64,000 bases of DNA. Origin: a virus. Made by a program: the position numbers and the translations under genes. Where the stretch lies: UHGV virus genome UHGV-0076293. One strand, 5' to 3'. This document shows positions 39,109 through 49,129 of the stretch, one piece after another (the stretch's first letter is position 1; every line of letters starts with the position of its first letter). The notes under the pieces are model-generated. The model searched no databases. It saw only the letters and a program-made list of their open reading frames with translations, and was not told where the DNA came from.

Positions 39109-39282
39109 ATGAACAATGGTTACTACTTTACTGACAAAATGCTTGCAGAACAATATGCAGCAAAAACCAATTTACAGCAACGTATCTACGAGTATAGTCA
39201 ACTCGGTGCGAATAAACGATTAAAACCATCAACCAACCGTTTCACACAGATAATCACTGAAAAAAGGAGTGAACGCTACTAA
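39109..39282 (+). CDS. small basic protein, member C of paralog array (57 aa)
   Basis: Not in ORF track; AAGAGGG RBS; ...SQLGANKRLKPSTNRFTQIITEKRSERY. Confidence 0.45.
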   Translation: MNNGYYFTDKMLAEQYAAKTNLQQRIYEYSQLGANKRLKPSTNRFTQIITEKRSERY

Positions 39283-39417
39283 CTAATAAAAGGGGGTGTG
39301 CTACCACCCCCTACTTAGTTCAGCAGTTGTCTTTCGTTCATAAATATTAGATGTCTTGTTTTTTTTTGCTTTTCGGGACGCATAAGGGGTCGTAGGGGGA
39401 GCCGAAGCTCCCCAGAC

Positions 39418-40980
39418 TCAAAAGAGTTCGTCACCCATACCGCCTGTAAAGACGTTAATCGACGATGCAGTCACTGTTTCTTCTTTATCGCAATCCCAAG
39501 GCAGAATGCCAACTTCACGGAAAGGTATTACTGTATAATGGTAAGCTTCTTTAGTATCGATAATTGTACGGTGTTTACCACGTTGTACTTCTAAGTAACT
39601 ATGCCCATTGACAACACGTTTGTTAAAATACATCTCACCGTCAGCTTCGTTATCCAAGCTGGAGCAGTTATCGTAAAGACCGCGACCTGGTAAGTTCTTA
39701 CAGAAACTTGCTGGGTCTAACGCTTTTAATTTTTTGCCTTCCGGTGAGATTTGGTGTGGCGCTAACAAGAAACCACGGTTACGTACTACCTGGATGTTTC
39801 GAGCGATACGATAAATTTCTTTAATGTCGCTACCGGCAATCCCGTTACCGTGACCTGCTTTACTGATAGTCCCGAAATAGTCTCCGCGAATCCCAGCTAC
39901 ATGATAACCTCGACGCTTTAAGTCCAGTATTAAGTCGTTTAAGTAATGTATTTTAAAATCTGAGTTTGTGTGTTTCTGAAAGATGTACTCCCAACCGTTA
40001 GCCCGCATTTTACTACAGAGGTAGTCCGACATTTTTGTGTTGTGTAAAGCTTTCTCTTCGTCGGTAGCGTTTTCAGAAGCAACCATAACCGGTGCTTCAC
40101 CTTCAAAATGACCGTAGAGCGCTTGGTACGCATACGCCAAGTTAACGTCCAGTTCGTTCTCTAAACTTAAATCGAGAATAACCGGCTGCAAATCACCTTT
40201 AACGTTTTCCATTACTTTTTCAGGCGTATTGAATACCGGAATACTGATAGACAACAACAGACTAAAAAGCGATTTACAGTTAAAGGGCAATGCAGGCATT
40301 AGCCAAAGTTCTTCGGTAATCCCTTTGTTACAACCCAGCATCTGGTTAATGGCTTTCCATCCGGTACGTAAACCATTACCCGCTGCTTTCTTACTGATTG
40401 AGTCGAACACATGTACGAACGGTGCACGGTTATCCGTAATAAGCTCACCAACTAGTGAGGGAATCTTATTATGAGAGCGTTCACTGAACGTAGAGAGACT
40501 ATCTCTGAGGTCGTTGAGCGCCGTTTGTAAATCAACGCGCGTTTCGGTTCCGTTCAGTGCGCCTAACGTACGACCTAATTTTTGTTTCAGTTGTACGCCT
40601 TGAATAGCTTGACGTAATTGGAAGTAGTATTGTGCTACTTGACGGTTAAGATGCTCGATGCGTGCTTCTGGTTCTTCTGGAATATCATCTTCCAGGAATT
40701 TGGTAATCGTATCGTATAGAGGACGTATTTGCGTAGTGGCCAGTTTCAAACGTTTCATGACGTTTGTGTGGTCGTAAGGCATACCGCCGTCTATGATGGA
40801 TGTGATGATATCCTTGATTTCGACGAGGGCGGCACGTTCGTCACCTTCCTCTACGTAATCAGGAAGCTTAGCCTCTAACAGCACTTTTCTTATGACCTCG
40901 TGATCCTTCTCAGGGTCGGTCAGCAGACTTTCAGTGTATAGTGTGGCTAATGCGGTTATCAACATCATTTTGTTATTCAT
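39418..40980 (-). CDS. hypothetical protein (520 aa)
   Basis: Long minus-strand ORF; start codon only 13 nt from divergent + gene. Confidence 0.5.
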   Translation of the reverse strand: MNNKMMLITALATLYTESLLTDPEKDHEVIRKVLLEAKLPDYVEEGDERAALVEIKDIITSIIDGGMPYDHTNVMKRLKLATTQIRPLYDTITKFLEDDIPEEPEARIEHLNRQVAQYYFQLRQAIQGVQLKQKLGRTLGALNGTETRVDLQTALNDLRDSLSTFSERSHNKIPSLVGELITDNRAPFVHVFDSISKKAAGNGLRTGWKAINQMLGCNKGITEELWLMPALPFNCKSLFSLLLSISIPVFNTPEKVMENVKGDLQPVILDLSLENELDVNLAYAYQALYGHFEGEAPVMVASENATDEEKALHNTKMSDYLCSKMRANGWEYIFQKHTNSDFKIHYLNDLILDLKRRGYHVAGIRGDYFGTISKAGHGNGIAGSDIKEIYRIARNIQVVRNRGFLLAPHQISPEGKKLKALDPASFCKNLPGRGLYDNCSSLDNEADGEMYFNKRVVNGHSYLEVQRGKHRTIIDTKEAYHYTVIPFREVGILPWDCDKEETVTASSINVFTGGMGDELF

Positions 40981-40993
40981 GGAGCATCCTTAA

Positions 40994-41518
40994 ATGCAAA
41001 TTCGTTTTAGTCCACCGTGGGAAGTTCAGCCTAACATAGATAAAGGCGCTGCCGTTAAAAGTGTAGAATTGCTCCAGGCAGGGTTCTTTAACTGGTTATA
41101 TGACTGTCCGAATGGTTTCAGTTCTATCATCTTACCTGAAGTAAGTCGTTCTGCTATTTATAAAGCGTTAATGGCTCCGCCTGTACTTCCAGGTAAATAT
41201 TATGATCAGGTGTTACGTCTGGTCGAATCAGGCGAAAAGGTTTCCCTTGACGATTTATATGGGGAAACAATTCCTTGTCGCTTACGCTGGGTCTTTACCC
41301 AACGTGGTGATACGATTGTGGCGTCATTTGCAGAAGCGAAGTCCGGTTCGGGTTTTTCTTCGGGTGAAGACCACGCTGCGAAAAAGATGTTCTGCGCAGA
41401 ACTTTTTAAATATATGCGTACCAAGACTCGCGTCGTGGATGACTGCTTCAGTACCTCAACGCAGTTTGCCGCTAACGAAGTGCTGACGCAATTATACGCA
41501 TGTCATTTATCTCATTAA
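40994..41518 (+). CDS. hypothetical protein (174 aa)
   Basis: ORF immediately upstream of putative capsid gene. Confidence 0.45.
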   Translation: MQIRFSPPWEVQPNIDKGAAVKSVELLQAGFFNWLYDCPNGFSSIILPEVSRSAIYKALMAPPVLPGKYYDQVLRLVESGEKVSLDDLYGETIPCRLRWVFTQRGDTIVASFAEAKSGSGFSSGEDHAAKKMFCAELFKYMRTKTRVVDDCFSTSTQFAANEVLTQLYACHLSH

Positions 41519-41530
41519 GGTATTAAACAA

Positions 41531-43816
41531 ATGAAAGATACCCGAATCTCTAATTTAGAGAAACTCGTAGAAGCCGGTACTAGTCTGGCCCAAAACGTCA
41601 TCGGCAACAACACCGCCAGCGAAATGTGGAAGACGATTGTTGCAGGCGAGTCCGTACGTAGCAACGCAAAAGTATTTGGCGCTCTGCGTGACGAAGCATC
41701 ACAGCACTATGCCAACGCTTTTGGCGGCAAGAAAATGTCTCATGCTGCGACCGTCGCTTCCGCAATGATTCTGGGCGTAGCTAACCACGGTAAAGACCTG
41801 CAAGAACGTGTTGCCCAGGAATACGCTAAGCCGGAATTCCACACCAAGTATAACCTGGATATTGGTATCCCTGGTGCGCAAGGTGGTGATTGGGGTCGTG
41901 AGCGTATGGTTGTTGCTCAGGAATACTACAGCAACAAAGACTACGACAAAAACCTGGGCCTGACCTGGACCCTGAACGTACGTGCTCTGGAAACTCAGTC
42001 CAAGTTTGCTGAAACACTGTTCCCGACCATTACCGTTGACACCAACGATGTTGGTATTACCGTACGTACTAAAGTGACTACCGTTTCTCGCGGTATCATG
42101 AACGCGCTGCTGAGCAAAGACGTCGTTGAAGATCATCGTCGTCCGCTGCACAACGCTCTGACTGACCACACCGTTCTCCAGGACGAAGCGATCAACATCG
42201 TTCCTTACGTAATGGAAACCGGTGAAAACCAGGAATACTTCGTAAGCGAAGATCTGGTTCCGAACGAAACCGTTCGCCTGGGCCGTGTACCTCCGTATCC
42301 GACTAACTACCTGAGCTTTGCAAACGACACACTGAACCTGTTCCAGCTGTCTGCGCATCCGGGTATTGTTCAGGAAGGTTACGATGAAACTGATGAAATC
42401 GCACCGGGTTGTGCTCTGGGCAGCCTGCTGATTTCTGTACGTAAACCGGCCGAAGAAGCGAAAGCGGGTAAATTCATCAAACTGCACGTTCGTGACATGC
42501 AGTTCGCAACCTTCCAGCGTCCTGCTGAAGGTGACGGCCGTGAACTGGTTCTGCAATTCCGTCGTACCGCGTTCTCTCTGAATGCGAAAACCACTGACTG
42601 GAAAGGCGACGCTATTCCGGCACTGCAAGCACTGGGCCAGAACTCCTACACCCTGCGCTACGTTATCACCATCACCATGTCCCTGTTCACCAGCGGCCAG
42701 TTCGGTGGTAAAGTAGACATTTCCGGCCACAAACTGGAAATCGAAGGTCTGTACGATGCAACTGGTAACAAAGTTGATACCAAGTCTGGTACCGGTAAAG
42801 TTATCCTGGACGGCCTGAAACTCGAGCTGATGGGCTGGCGCTTCGATGGTACTCGTACCAACGAAAACCGTCGTACCCAGGGTCTGCTGCTTGACCCAAT
42901 TTGGGAACAGGAAAACTACAAACTGCAATACGGTTCTCCGATTCTGACCAAGTCTCCGGTTGGTGTTGAATACGACGACACTGAACGTCTGGATGACCTG
43001 ATCTCTGCGGTGAACATCCGTAACGAACAGCTGGCTATTACTCAGACGCTGTCTTACACTGAAGCAGTACGTAACGCAGCCGCTGCGATGATCACTCCGT
43101 GGGACAAACCGGCTATCCGTGGTCTGGGCCGTCACTGGGTTGCTCCGTGGTTCAAAGAGTCTGACTACAAAGTCGATGAAGTTGTTCAGTCTCTGGATAC
43201 CAAAGAAGCGCTGATCAACGCTCGTCAGGGTCTGTTGCAGCGTATCGGTAGCCAGGTAACTCAGGCTATCCAGGATTCTCGTTTCATTCCTGCACTGCGC
43301 CTGCTGACTGCTGATCCGGACATTCTGCCGAAAGTTATCATCGCAACTGACGAACCGACTGCATCCATGCTGCTGCTGGTTCAGGGCGACCAACGTCTGC
43401 TGGGCGACCGTTATGAATACGAAGTCGTTACCACCAACGATGACCGCTGGCGTATCTACAACGCAGCTGACGATTCCTGGACTCGTCGTCTGCAATGGTT
43501 CCTGAAAGTTCCGACTGCGGACGATGGTTCCTACTGCGTACTGAACTGGGGTAACCACTTCTGGTCTCCGATCATGGTTACCAACATCAACATCCAGCGT
43601 AACGGTTCTACTTCTAAAGAACTGGCTGTACAGCCGCGTAACGCGCATATCTGCCACTGCCCGATCACTGGTCTGATTTGGGTTAAAGGCATCACCAAAC
43701 TGGTTGAAGAAAAACTGGCTTACAACGTTTCTGTAGAACAGAACGGCCAGAAACAAACCGAAGGTGGTGTAGCAGGTAATGTTGCTGGCGACGGTAAAGA
43801 CAAAGCTGGTAAATAA
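41531..43816 (+). CDS. abundant structural protein, putative jumbo-phage major capsid protein (761 aa; tail sheath not excluded)
   Basis: Size matches the ~750-aa capsid proteins of phiKZ-like phages; codon usage appears strongly optimised by eye; own strong terminator; no homology search possible. Confidence 0.45.
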   Translation: MKDTRISNLEKLVEAGTSLAQNVIGNNTASEMWKTIVAGESVRSNAKVFGALRDEASQHYANAFGGKKMSHAATVASAMILGVANHGKDLQERVAQEYAKPEFHTKYNLDIGIPGAQGGDWGRERMVVAQEYYSNKDYDKNLGLTWTLNVRALETQSKFAETLFPTITVDTNDVGITVRTKVTTVSRGIMNALLSKDVVEDHRRPLHNALTDHTVLQDEAINIVPYVMETGENQEYFVSEDLVPNETVRLGRVPPYPTNYLSFANDTLNLFQLSAHPGIVQEGYDETDEIAPGCALGSLLISVRKPAEEAKAGKFIKLHVRDMQFATFQRPAEGDGRELVLQFRRTAFSLNAKTTDWKGDAIPALQALGQNSYTLRYVITITMSLFTSGQFGGKVDISGHKLEIEGLYDATGNKVDTKSGTGKVILDGLKLELMGWRFDGTRTNENRRTQGLLLDPIWEQENYKLQYGSPILTKSPVGVEYDDTERLDDLISAVNIRNEQLAITQTLSYTEAVRNAAAAMITPWDKPAIRGLGRHWVAPWFKESDYKVDEVVQSLDTKEALINARQGLLQRIGSQVTQAIQDSRFIPALRLLTADPDILPKVIIATDEPTASMLLLVQGDQRLLGDRYEYEVVTTNDDRWRIYNAADDSWTRRLQWFLKVPTADDGSYCVLNWGNHFWSPIMVTNINIQRNGSTSKELAVQPRNAHICHCPITGLIWVKGITKLVEEKLAYNVSVEQNGQKQTEGGVAGNVAGDGKDKAGK

Positions 43817-43831
43817 TAACGAATAAAAAGT

Positions 43832-43870
43832 GTCTAAGCCCTTCGGGGCTTAGACCTTTTATTTTTTTCT
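43832..43870 (+). terminator. strong intrinsic terminator (gtctaagccc-ttcg-gggcttagac + long T-run)
   Basis: 10-bp stem, tetraloop, ~14 T-rich nt. Confidence 0.75.
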
Positions 43871-43885
43871 TTCTATTATTTTTTG

Positions 43886-43898
43886 GATAGATATTATC
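43886..43898 (+). promoter_or_regulatory. AT-rich promoter-like element GATAGATATTATC (copy 2)
   Basis: Identical to 1884-1896; ~35 nt upstream of strong RBS (AAAGGAGA) and ATG 43934. Confidence 0.3.
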
Positions 43899-43996
43899 AA
43901 AGGGAGACTGTCAGTTGGTTTAAAGGAGACTTTATGGAAAAAATACAGTTAAGACTAAAGATATGTACCATTATTAAAACTTAATCTGGCCCTTAC

Positions 43997-45007
43997 ATGA
44001 ACCGTCTTGATATTGATGTGGTACCCAGTATTACTGACCGCTCGTTGTATCAAAAGTCAGGACTACAAAAACTCATCACTTTTGAGAATAATACTGGTGT
44101 GCCAATTTACGTCACTGAAACCAGTGGCGGTAGCTTTATTTTAACTCCGTCCAAAAGCCCGGCTGATGAGCATGGGGTTGTTGTTTATGTAACGTATCAA
44201 TCATTCGGAAATCTGGCTAACCTGAACGGGTTTGCAGAAGTCTTACCAGAAAAACAATTCACTAAATTTTGTGCAGATTTAAAGGAGAAAGGAGAGGTCA
44301 CACTCCGATACGTGGTTGACGATATCGGTGCTTTATTACGTGGGGACTTGGTTGTATTGAAGCAGCTAGGATTCGCATTTTCAATTACACCAGTTCGATT
44401 AGAAAGTACGCCACCGAGCGTAAGACCAGGAGGTGAGAGAACTGAATTTACATTAGGTGTTATTGTTGTGCAGCGTTACGACGATCCCGAACTATATCGT
44501 TGGATTAGATTCTACGGAACGCGCATGGAAGTACAACCGGTACTATCACGGTATTACGAACCGGGTGTGTACATGGTAATAGGAGGAGGAGACAAAGTAG
44601 AAGGGAGCAGGATGATTCACTTTGAGTTCGATGACTTATTGTCACCGTTCCGTGTTTTTAAAGATAAAGAAACAGCCACTGCGTTTCGATGGCAAGAAAC
44701 GTTACCGGATATTCACGAGATAAAGGAAAAGCTGGAAAGTCAATACAGAGAAAAATTAGAAAGTTTGGATTCGGCAAAAGACAAACTGGAATTAGAACAC
44801 AAAAAACAACTACAGAATTTGGCTTTAGAAAAGGAGCGTTTGACTCTAGCGTATAAACAACAAGAACTAGAAGCAAAGTCTCGGGCAGAGGCACGAAAAG
44901 AATTCTACGAGACTCGTTCTTACATTCGTAAAGATGGGTCAGACCTATTTAAATCAGTCCCTGCGTATCTGGCGGCGGGTGTCGCATTTATAGGGATGCT
45001 AAAGTAA
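43997..45007 (+). CDS. hypothetical protein with C-terminal coiled-coil and terminal hydrophobic segment (336 aa)
   Basis: ORF; no RBS at its ATG; in frame with a 16-codon ORF (43934-43984) that has a strong RBS. Confidence 0.45.
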   Translation: MNRLDIDVVPSITDRSLYQKSGLQKLITFENNTGVPIYVTETSGGSFILTPSKSPADEHGVVVYVTYQSFGNLANLNGFAEVLPEKQFTKFCADLKEKGEVTLRYVVDDIGALLRGDLVVLKQLGFAFSITPVRLESTPPSVRPGGERTEFTLGVIVVQRYDDPELYRWIRFYGTRMEVQPVLSRYYEPGVYMVIGGGDKVEGSRMIHFEFDDLLSPFRVFKDKETATAFRWQETLPDIHEIKEKLESQYREKLESLDSAKDKLELEHKKQLQNLALEKERLTLAYKQQELEAKSRAEARKEFYETRSYIRKDGSDLFKSVPAYLAAGVAFIGMLK

Positions 45008-45017
45008 GGAGCGTGGC

Positions 45018-46793
45018 GTGTTTAAAGATGCAATCAGAAAGCTTAAAGAGGATGGCAAAATAGTACCCTTTAACCGAGCGATTGCGGAAGGTGTCGGTTA
45101 TACCCAGGCCAAAGATGGTATACACGAACGTGTTCAGATTATCTTGAAACGTGAGCTGGATTATCATCCTGTTGATAATCCGCGTGTTCCTGAAGGGCTG
45201 GCTGTATTAGGTGTACGGTTAATGTCGCCGTTTGAAACGTTCATCTATAAGCTGTCTCGTTCTGAGAGCAGCAGAATGGATAGACGCCGTGGTGTGATGT
45301 CCATTGCGAACACCGATGCGTATATGGTCATGTCAACATTCCGTATTCCAGGAGATTCTCGACCGATCTCAAGACCGATTAACTTACCCTTTATCCGTCG
45401 TGGTGGTTTAATGAACTATTACGGTACGACGTATCACGTTGCGCCGGTTATTCACCAGCCAGGTATCTGTCGCGAACACGGTGGGGTATTTGTTAACTTT
45501 GACTTTAAACGTAAAGCCTCGTTGAAATTCTGTAAGCAACCTGTCCGTGTGTTAGTCAACGGTAAAAAAGAGGAGCTATTCTTACCAGGAACCAAAAACC
45601 TGTTCAAAGCGAAGAACGCAACACATCCCGATACTGACGAGAAACCGTTAATGTATTGGTTGTTCGGACGTTACGGATTTAAAGAAGCGATTAAACGCTA
45701 TACTGGTGTTGACGTAGAAATTTATCCATCGTTTAAGATCCCAGAACTCGATCTCAACGAGAAAGTTGTAATCAGTTCCGGTGAATCGAAATATAACCGT
45801 TCGATAATGTACGCGGTTGTCGTACCCGCAGAAGCATTGCCGAACGTGGATAAAGTCGGTTGGGATCAAAACGAGCATTTATTGCTGGCTGCAATTGCTG
45901 CGTTCTTCAAAGCTGCTCACTACTATTGCAGTAAACAATCTATTAAGAACGGTAACGTCACACCGCTGCCGCCGCTGTTTACCGCAATTAACGAGTTAGC
46001 GATGGAAGACGATATTGCTAATCTGAACTCTGCTCCGATTTGGCGTGAGATTCTGGGAAGAAGTATCGTAGGACTGAAACCTTCCGATATTGAGTTAGCG
46101 CACAGTATGGCGAAACACTATACTGAATGTGATCGCTATGTTAACTCAACGTTCCGTGCAGAACTGAAGATGACCGATCCCGACATTCCAGACGATATGG
46201 ATATGTTTGATTTCTTCTGGTATGCAACGAAACTGATGGTACGTACCCGTTTGACCAAACAGGGCGACATTCCGTCGATGTACGGAAAACGTTTAACCGT
46301 AACTGACTACTTACTGTTAGGTGACCGTGGGTTTACACCAACGGTAGCGGCTATTCGTTTCCAGCTGGGACAAACGGAGAACCGTTCGCCGGAATCCTGC
46401 GCGAATATGATTCGTAGCGCACTCAATAAAGAAATTGTCACGAGTCTGGTACTGCGTAATATCACCGGTAATGGCGGTGTAAGTTATTTTAACGCATCAA
46501 CAGAATCCATGGTGTTAGGAGTATCCACACACGCGATCAGTCAAACTGAAACGGAATCTAAACGCAACAGCAAGGGCGGTAAAACGGTTAACCTTAACGA
46601 CCGTACGAAACACGCTTCTGCATCGCATCTGGAGTGCGGTAACGTTTATTATATTCCGAAATCGTCCCCGTTCAAATGGGGTGTCCTTAACCCGTATATG
46701 AAAACTAACCGTCAGTTAGTGATGGTTCGTAATCCAAAACTTGACGAGTTAATCCAAGCAACTGAAGAAGACATTGCGAAGATTGGCCGTTAA
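45018..46793 (+). CDS. hypothetical protein (591 aa), GTG start
   Basis: TAAGGAG RBS 7 nt upstream of GTG. Confidence 0.5.
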   Translation: MFKDAIRKLKEDGKIVPFNRAIAEGVGYTQAKDGIHERVQIILKRELDYHPVDNPRVPEGLAVLGVRLMSPFETFIYKLSRSESSRMDRRRGVMSIANTDAYMVMSTFRIPGDSRPISRPINLPFIRRGGLMNYYGTTYHVAPVIHQPGICREHGGVFVNFDFKRKASLKFCKQPVRVLVNGKKEELFLPGTKNLFKAKNATHPDTDEKPLMYWLFGRYGFKEAIKRYTGVDVEIYPSFKIPELDLNEKVVISSGESKYNRSIMYAVVVPAEALPNVDKVGWDQNEHLLLAAIAAFFKAAHYYCSKQSIKNGNVTPLPPLFTAINELAMEDDIANLNSAPIWREILGRSIVGLKPSDIELAHSMAKHYTECDRYVNSTFRAELKMTDPDIPDDMDMFDFFWYATKLMVRTRLTKQGDIPSMYGKRLTVTDYLLLGDRGFTPTVAAIRFQLGQTENRSPESCANMIRSALNKEIVTSLVLRNITGNGGVSYFNASTESMVLGVSTHAISQTETESKRNSKGGKTVNLNDRTKHASASHLECGNVYYIPKSSPFKWGVLNPYMKTNRQLVMVRNPKLDELIQATEEDIAKIGR

Positions 46794-46832
46794 CCACGAA
46801 AGACGTATTAAGACCTATTAGGAGAATTAAGA

Positions 46833-48443
46833 ATGGCAAGCTACAGCGAAACTCGTGAATTTATCTTGAAAGTTGTAATGGCTAAACAGGATCAGCTGTT
46901 GAACTATCTCGTCGATGCGATGAATGCGAAAGGGATAAAAGAAGATCCGTTTGTTAATGCAGCGTGCATTGTAGGTAACTGGTATCTGCAAAACCGTCGT
47001 CCTAACGACCAGACTAACGTTGCGGTTATCGAAACCTTTAAGGCAACGCTGTATAGCCGTCTGTTAGGTTTAGGCCTGACGCCGTTGCAGCCGGACATTC
47101 ATAGCGCGTTAGAGAAAGCGTTTGTGCTGGCGAATCAACTTGCAGAAGAAGCTCGTCGTGCCGGGCAGGGTGGATTCGGTGTACGTACTGAACCAGTTAA
47201 CTTCGGTATTCAGAATTCACAGAATGCGCAACCAACCGCACCGATTCAGGGTTCTTCTGTACCAATGGCCAGCTATACTCCGGCAGGTGTAACAGTGCAA
47301 CCTGTACAACCCGCTCCGGTATTCGGCGGTACTCCGCAACCTCAACCTCAGCCGCAATCGCAGCCTGCTATTATTCAGCCGGCTGTTCCGCAGGAAGTGA
47401 TGAACAAAAGCAAGCCTGTGGATATGAATAAGGAAACGATGGATGATATCATTCAACGTGCTAACCGTCCTCACCATGACATTTTGCGGGTAGAAATTGT
47501 GGAAGACTATTTAGATCACGAGCTGAAAGAAAAGATTCAGCAAAACGTTGTTTCGCCGAAAGAAGCTAACACACGCGTCAAGAATTCTGTGTATGCAGAA
47601 CATCGTGACTGGGGTGATAAGGTTAGTGAACTGGTTGAAGATAACGACAAACAATATTGCTCGTATGACGATGCGGGTATCATGGTGAAAGTCGAAAGCG
47701 AATATCGTCTGTATCCGATGGCACAGACTGAAACTTCTGCGGTGTATCTCCAGGAGTTTTATAGTTCGGTTCGCCAGATTATCGACGATCTCGATACCGT
47801 ACGTGATATTGACGATATTGAAAAGCTGATGGAGCGTGTTTCTAATGACGTCTTCAGACTGCGTGACCTTGCACAACGTTTGTTAATGTACTTCCTCACC
47901 AAATCTGATGAGAATGAAACGTATCGTAGCGAATGTTCAATGTTTACTCGTCGTTTCATTGCAACATTAACTGTGCTGGTTCACAACGCCATCTCCGTGG
48001 CATCTGCTTACGGTAAAGACGTTCCGGGTACGAAATTCGTACAGTTGGAATGCTGCCTGGATGACATGACCTACTTTAAAGAGACAGTGTATGGTCGTAC
48101 CATCGGTGAAAATGGTGTGAGCAAGTCTGCGGATTATTTCCGTGAAATGTTCCTGCTGATCGCGCGTTCTCTGCGTAAGCTGCACATTCGTCTGACCTGC
48201 GATAATAAAGCCATTGAACTGTCTCAGGTAACGTACACGATTTCTCTGCAAGCAGATTATCAATCCGCTAACGATCGACATATCGTGGAAATCTCTTCGT
48301 TCGGTAACAGCTTCGAACCGATTGTTTCAATCTACGAAGTCATTAACCAGAAAGCACCAGAAGCGTTCATTAAACTTAAGACTCCGTCTCATGTTTACTC
48401 GCTGCTGAGCACAGGTGACGTTACTGCACCAGTTCGTTATTAA
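46833..48443 (+). CDS. hypothetical protein (536 aa) with Pro/Gln-rich linker (PQPQPQPQSQP)
   Basis: ORF with TAGGAGAA RBS. Confidence 0.5.
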   Translation: MASYSETREFILKVVMAKQDQLLNYLVDAMNAKGIKEDPFVNAACIVGNWYLQNRRPNDQTNVAVIETFKATLYSRLLGLGLTPLQPDIHSALEKAFVLANQLAEEARRAGQGGFGVRTEPVNFGIQNSQNAQPTAPIQGSSVPMASYTPAGVTVQPVQPAPVFGGTPQPQPQPQSQPAIIQPAVPQEVMNKSKPVDMNKETMDDIIQRANRPHHDILRVEIVEDYLDHELKEKIQQNVVSPKEANTRVKNSVYAEHRDWGDKVSELVEDNDKQYCSYDDAGIMVKVESEYRLYPMAQTETSAVYLQEFYSSVRQIIDDLDTVRDIDDIEKLMERVSNDVFRLRDLAQRLLMYFLTKSDENETYRSECSMFTRRFIATLTVLVHNAISVASAYGKDVPGTKFVQLECCLDDMTYFKETVYGRTIGENGVSKSADYFREMFLLIARSLRKLHIRLTCDNKAIELSQVTYTISLQADYQSANDRHIVEISSFGNSFEPIVSIYEVINQKAPEAFIKLKTPSHVYSLLSTGDVTAPVRY

Positions 48444-48486
48444 GTTTGGATTGGGGGTGGAAACATCCCCATTTTAAGGAGTGCGT

Positions 48487-48735
48487 ATGGCCGCTTATGT
48501 TGATTACAGTAAAGCCAAGATAGAGCTAAACGTAATTGATACCGTAGAGCGTTTAAAGCAACAACTTTCTTTGGAGTTATATCAACTTCGCGTCCGTATT
48601 CACGAGCGTGAACAACTTATTGAGAAACATCCATTATTTATCGACGAGAAGCAGGTAAAACTTATCACTGCGGAGTTAGAAGTTATGGCCGCAGAGAAAC
48701 TGTTACTCGAAGAACGTATCGCTGCTATTGGTTAA
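48487..48735 (+). CDS. small coiled-coil protein (83 aa)
   Basis: ATG with TAAGGAG RBS (track begins at GTG 48481); terminator downstream. Confidence 0.45.
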   Translation: MAAYVDYSKAKIELNVIDTVERLKQQLSLELYQLRVRIHEREQLIEKHPLFIDEKQVKLITAELEVMAAEKLLLEERIAAIG

Positions 48736-48744
48736 TCACCACGC

Positions 48745-48778
48745 AAGGAGAGCTTCGGCTCTCCTCCTTTATTTTTAT
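48745..48778 (+). terminator. intrinsic terminator (ggagagc-ttcg-gctctcc + T-rich)
   Basis: Tetraloop hairpin + tttatttttatt. Confidence 0.6.
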
Positions 48779-48823
48779 TCCCCAATTTATTATAGCTGCC
48801 CACTATAGTGAGGGAATGAGGAA

Positions 48824-49129
48824 ATGATTAAATATGTTGTTATTAATGTAAACTACGAACGTAGTCCACGTTTTCGCTTCGAATTACCTGAAACCGAAGC
48901 AACCATGGAGTTTAATCGCTACTTTTTACAGCATTCAAACACCAAAGTCAATCGCGGTAGATACTGGCTTATCTACTATAATGCACGTAATGAGTTATTG
49001 GAAGCCGTTAAGAAATCAGGTCAGTCAGAACTGTTAGCGAAACTGATGGCGTTTGATAACGATCCTTTAGCGATAGGAATTATGTTAGACCTTGTTATTA
49101 ATAAAGACCATATAGCATGGTCCGATTAA
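48824..49129 (+). CDS. hypothetical protein (101 aa)
   Basis: ORF with GAGGAA RBS. Confidence 0.45.
   Translation: MIKYVVINVNYERSPRFRFELPETEATMEFNRYFLQHSNTKVNRGRYWLIYYNARNELLEAVKKSGQSELLAKLMAFDNDPLAIGIMLDLVINKDHIAWSD

Noticed and set aside
41699-43756. 685-aa minus-strand ORF antisense to the putative capsid gene
   Set aside because: Lies entirely inside a strongly codon-biased + strand gene; its translation is low-complexity and it has no RBS; long antisense ORFs are expected opposite biased genes
48779-48823. T7-promoter-like string cccACTATAGtGAGGGA upstream of 48824
   Set aside because: Upstream half does not match the T7 consensus spacing, no single-subunit RNAP is evident in the window, and the phage appears to use a multisubunit RNAP; likely chance resemblance
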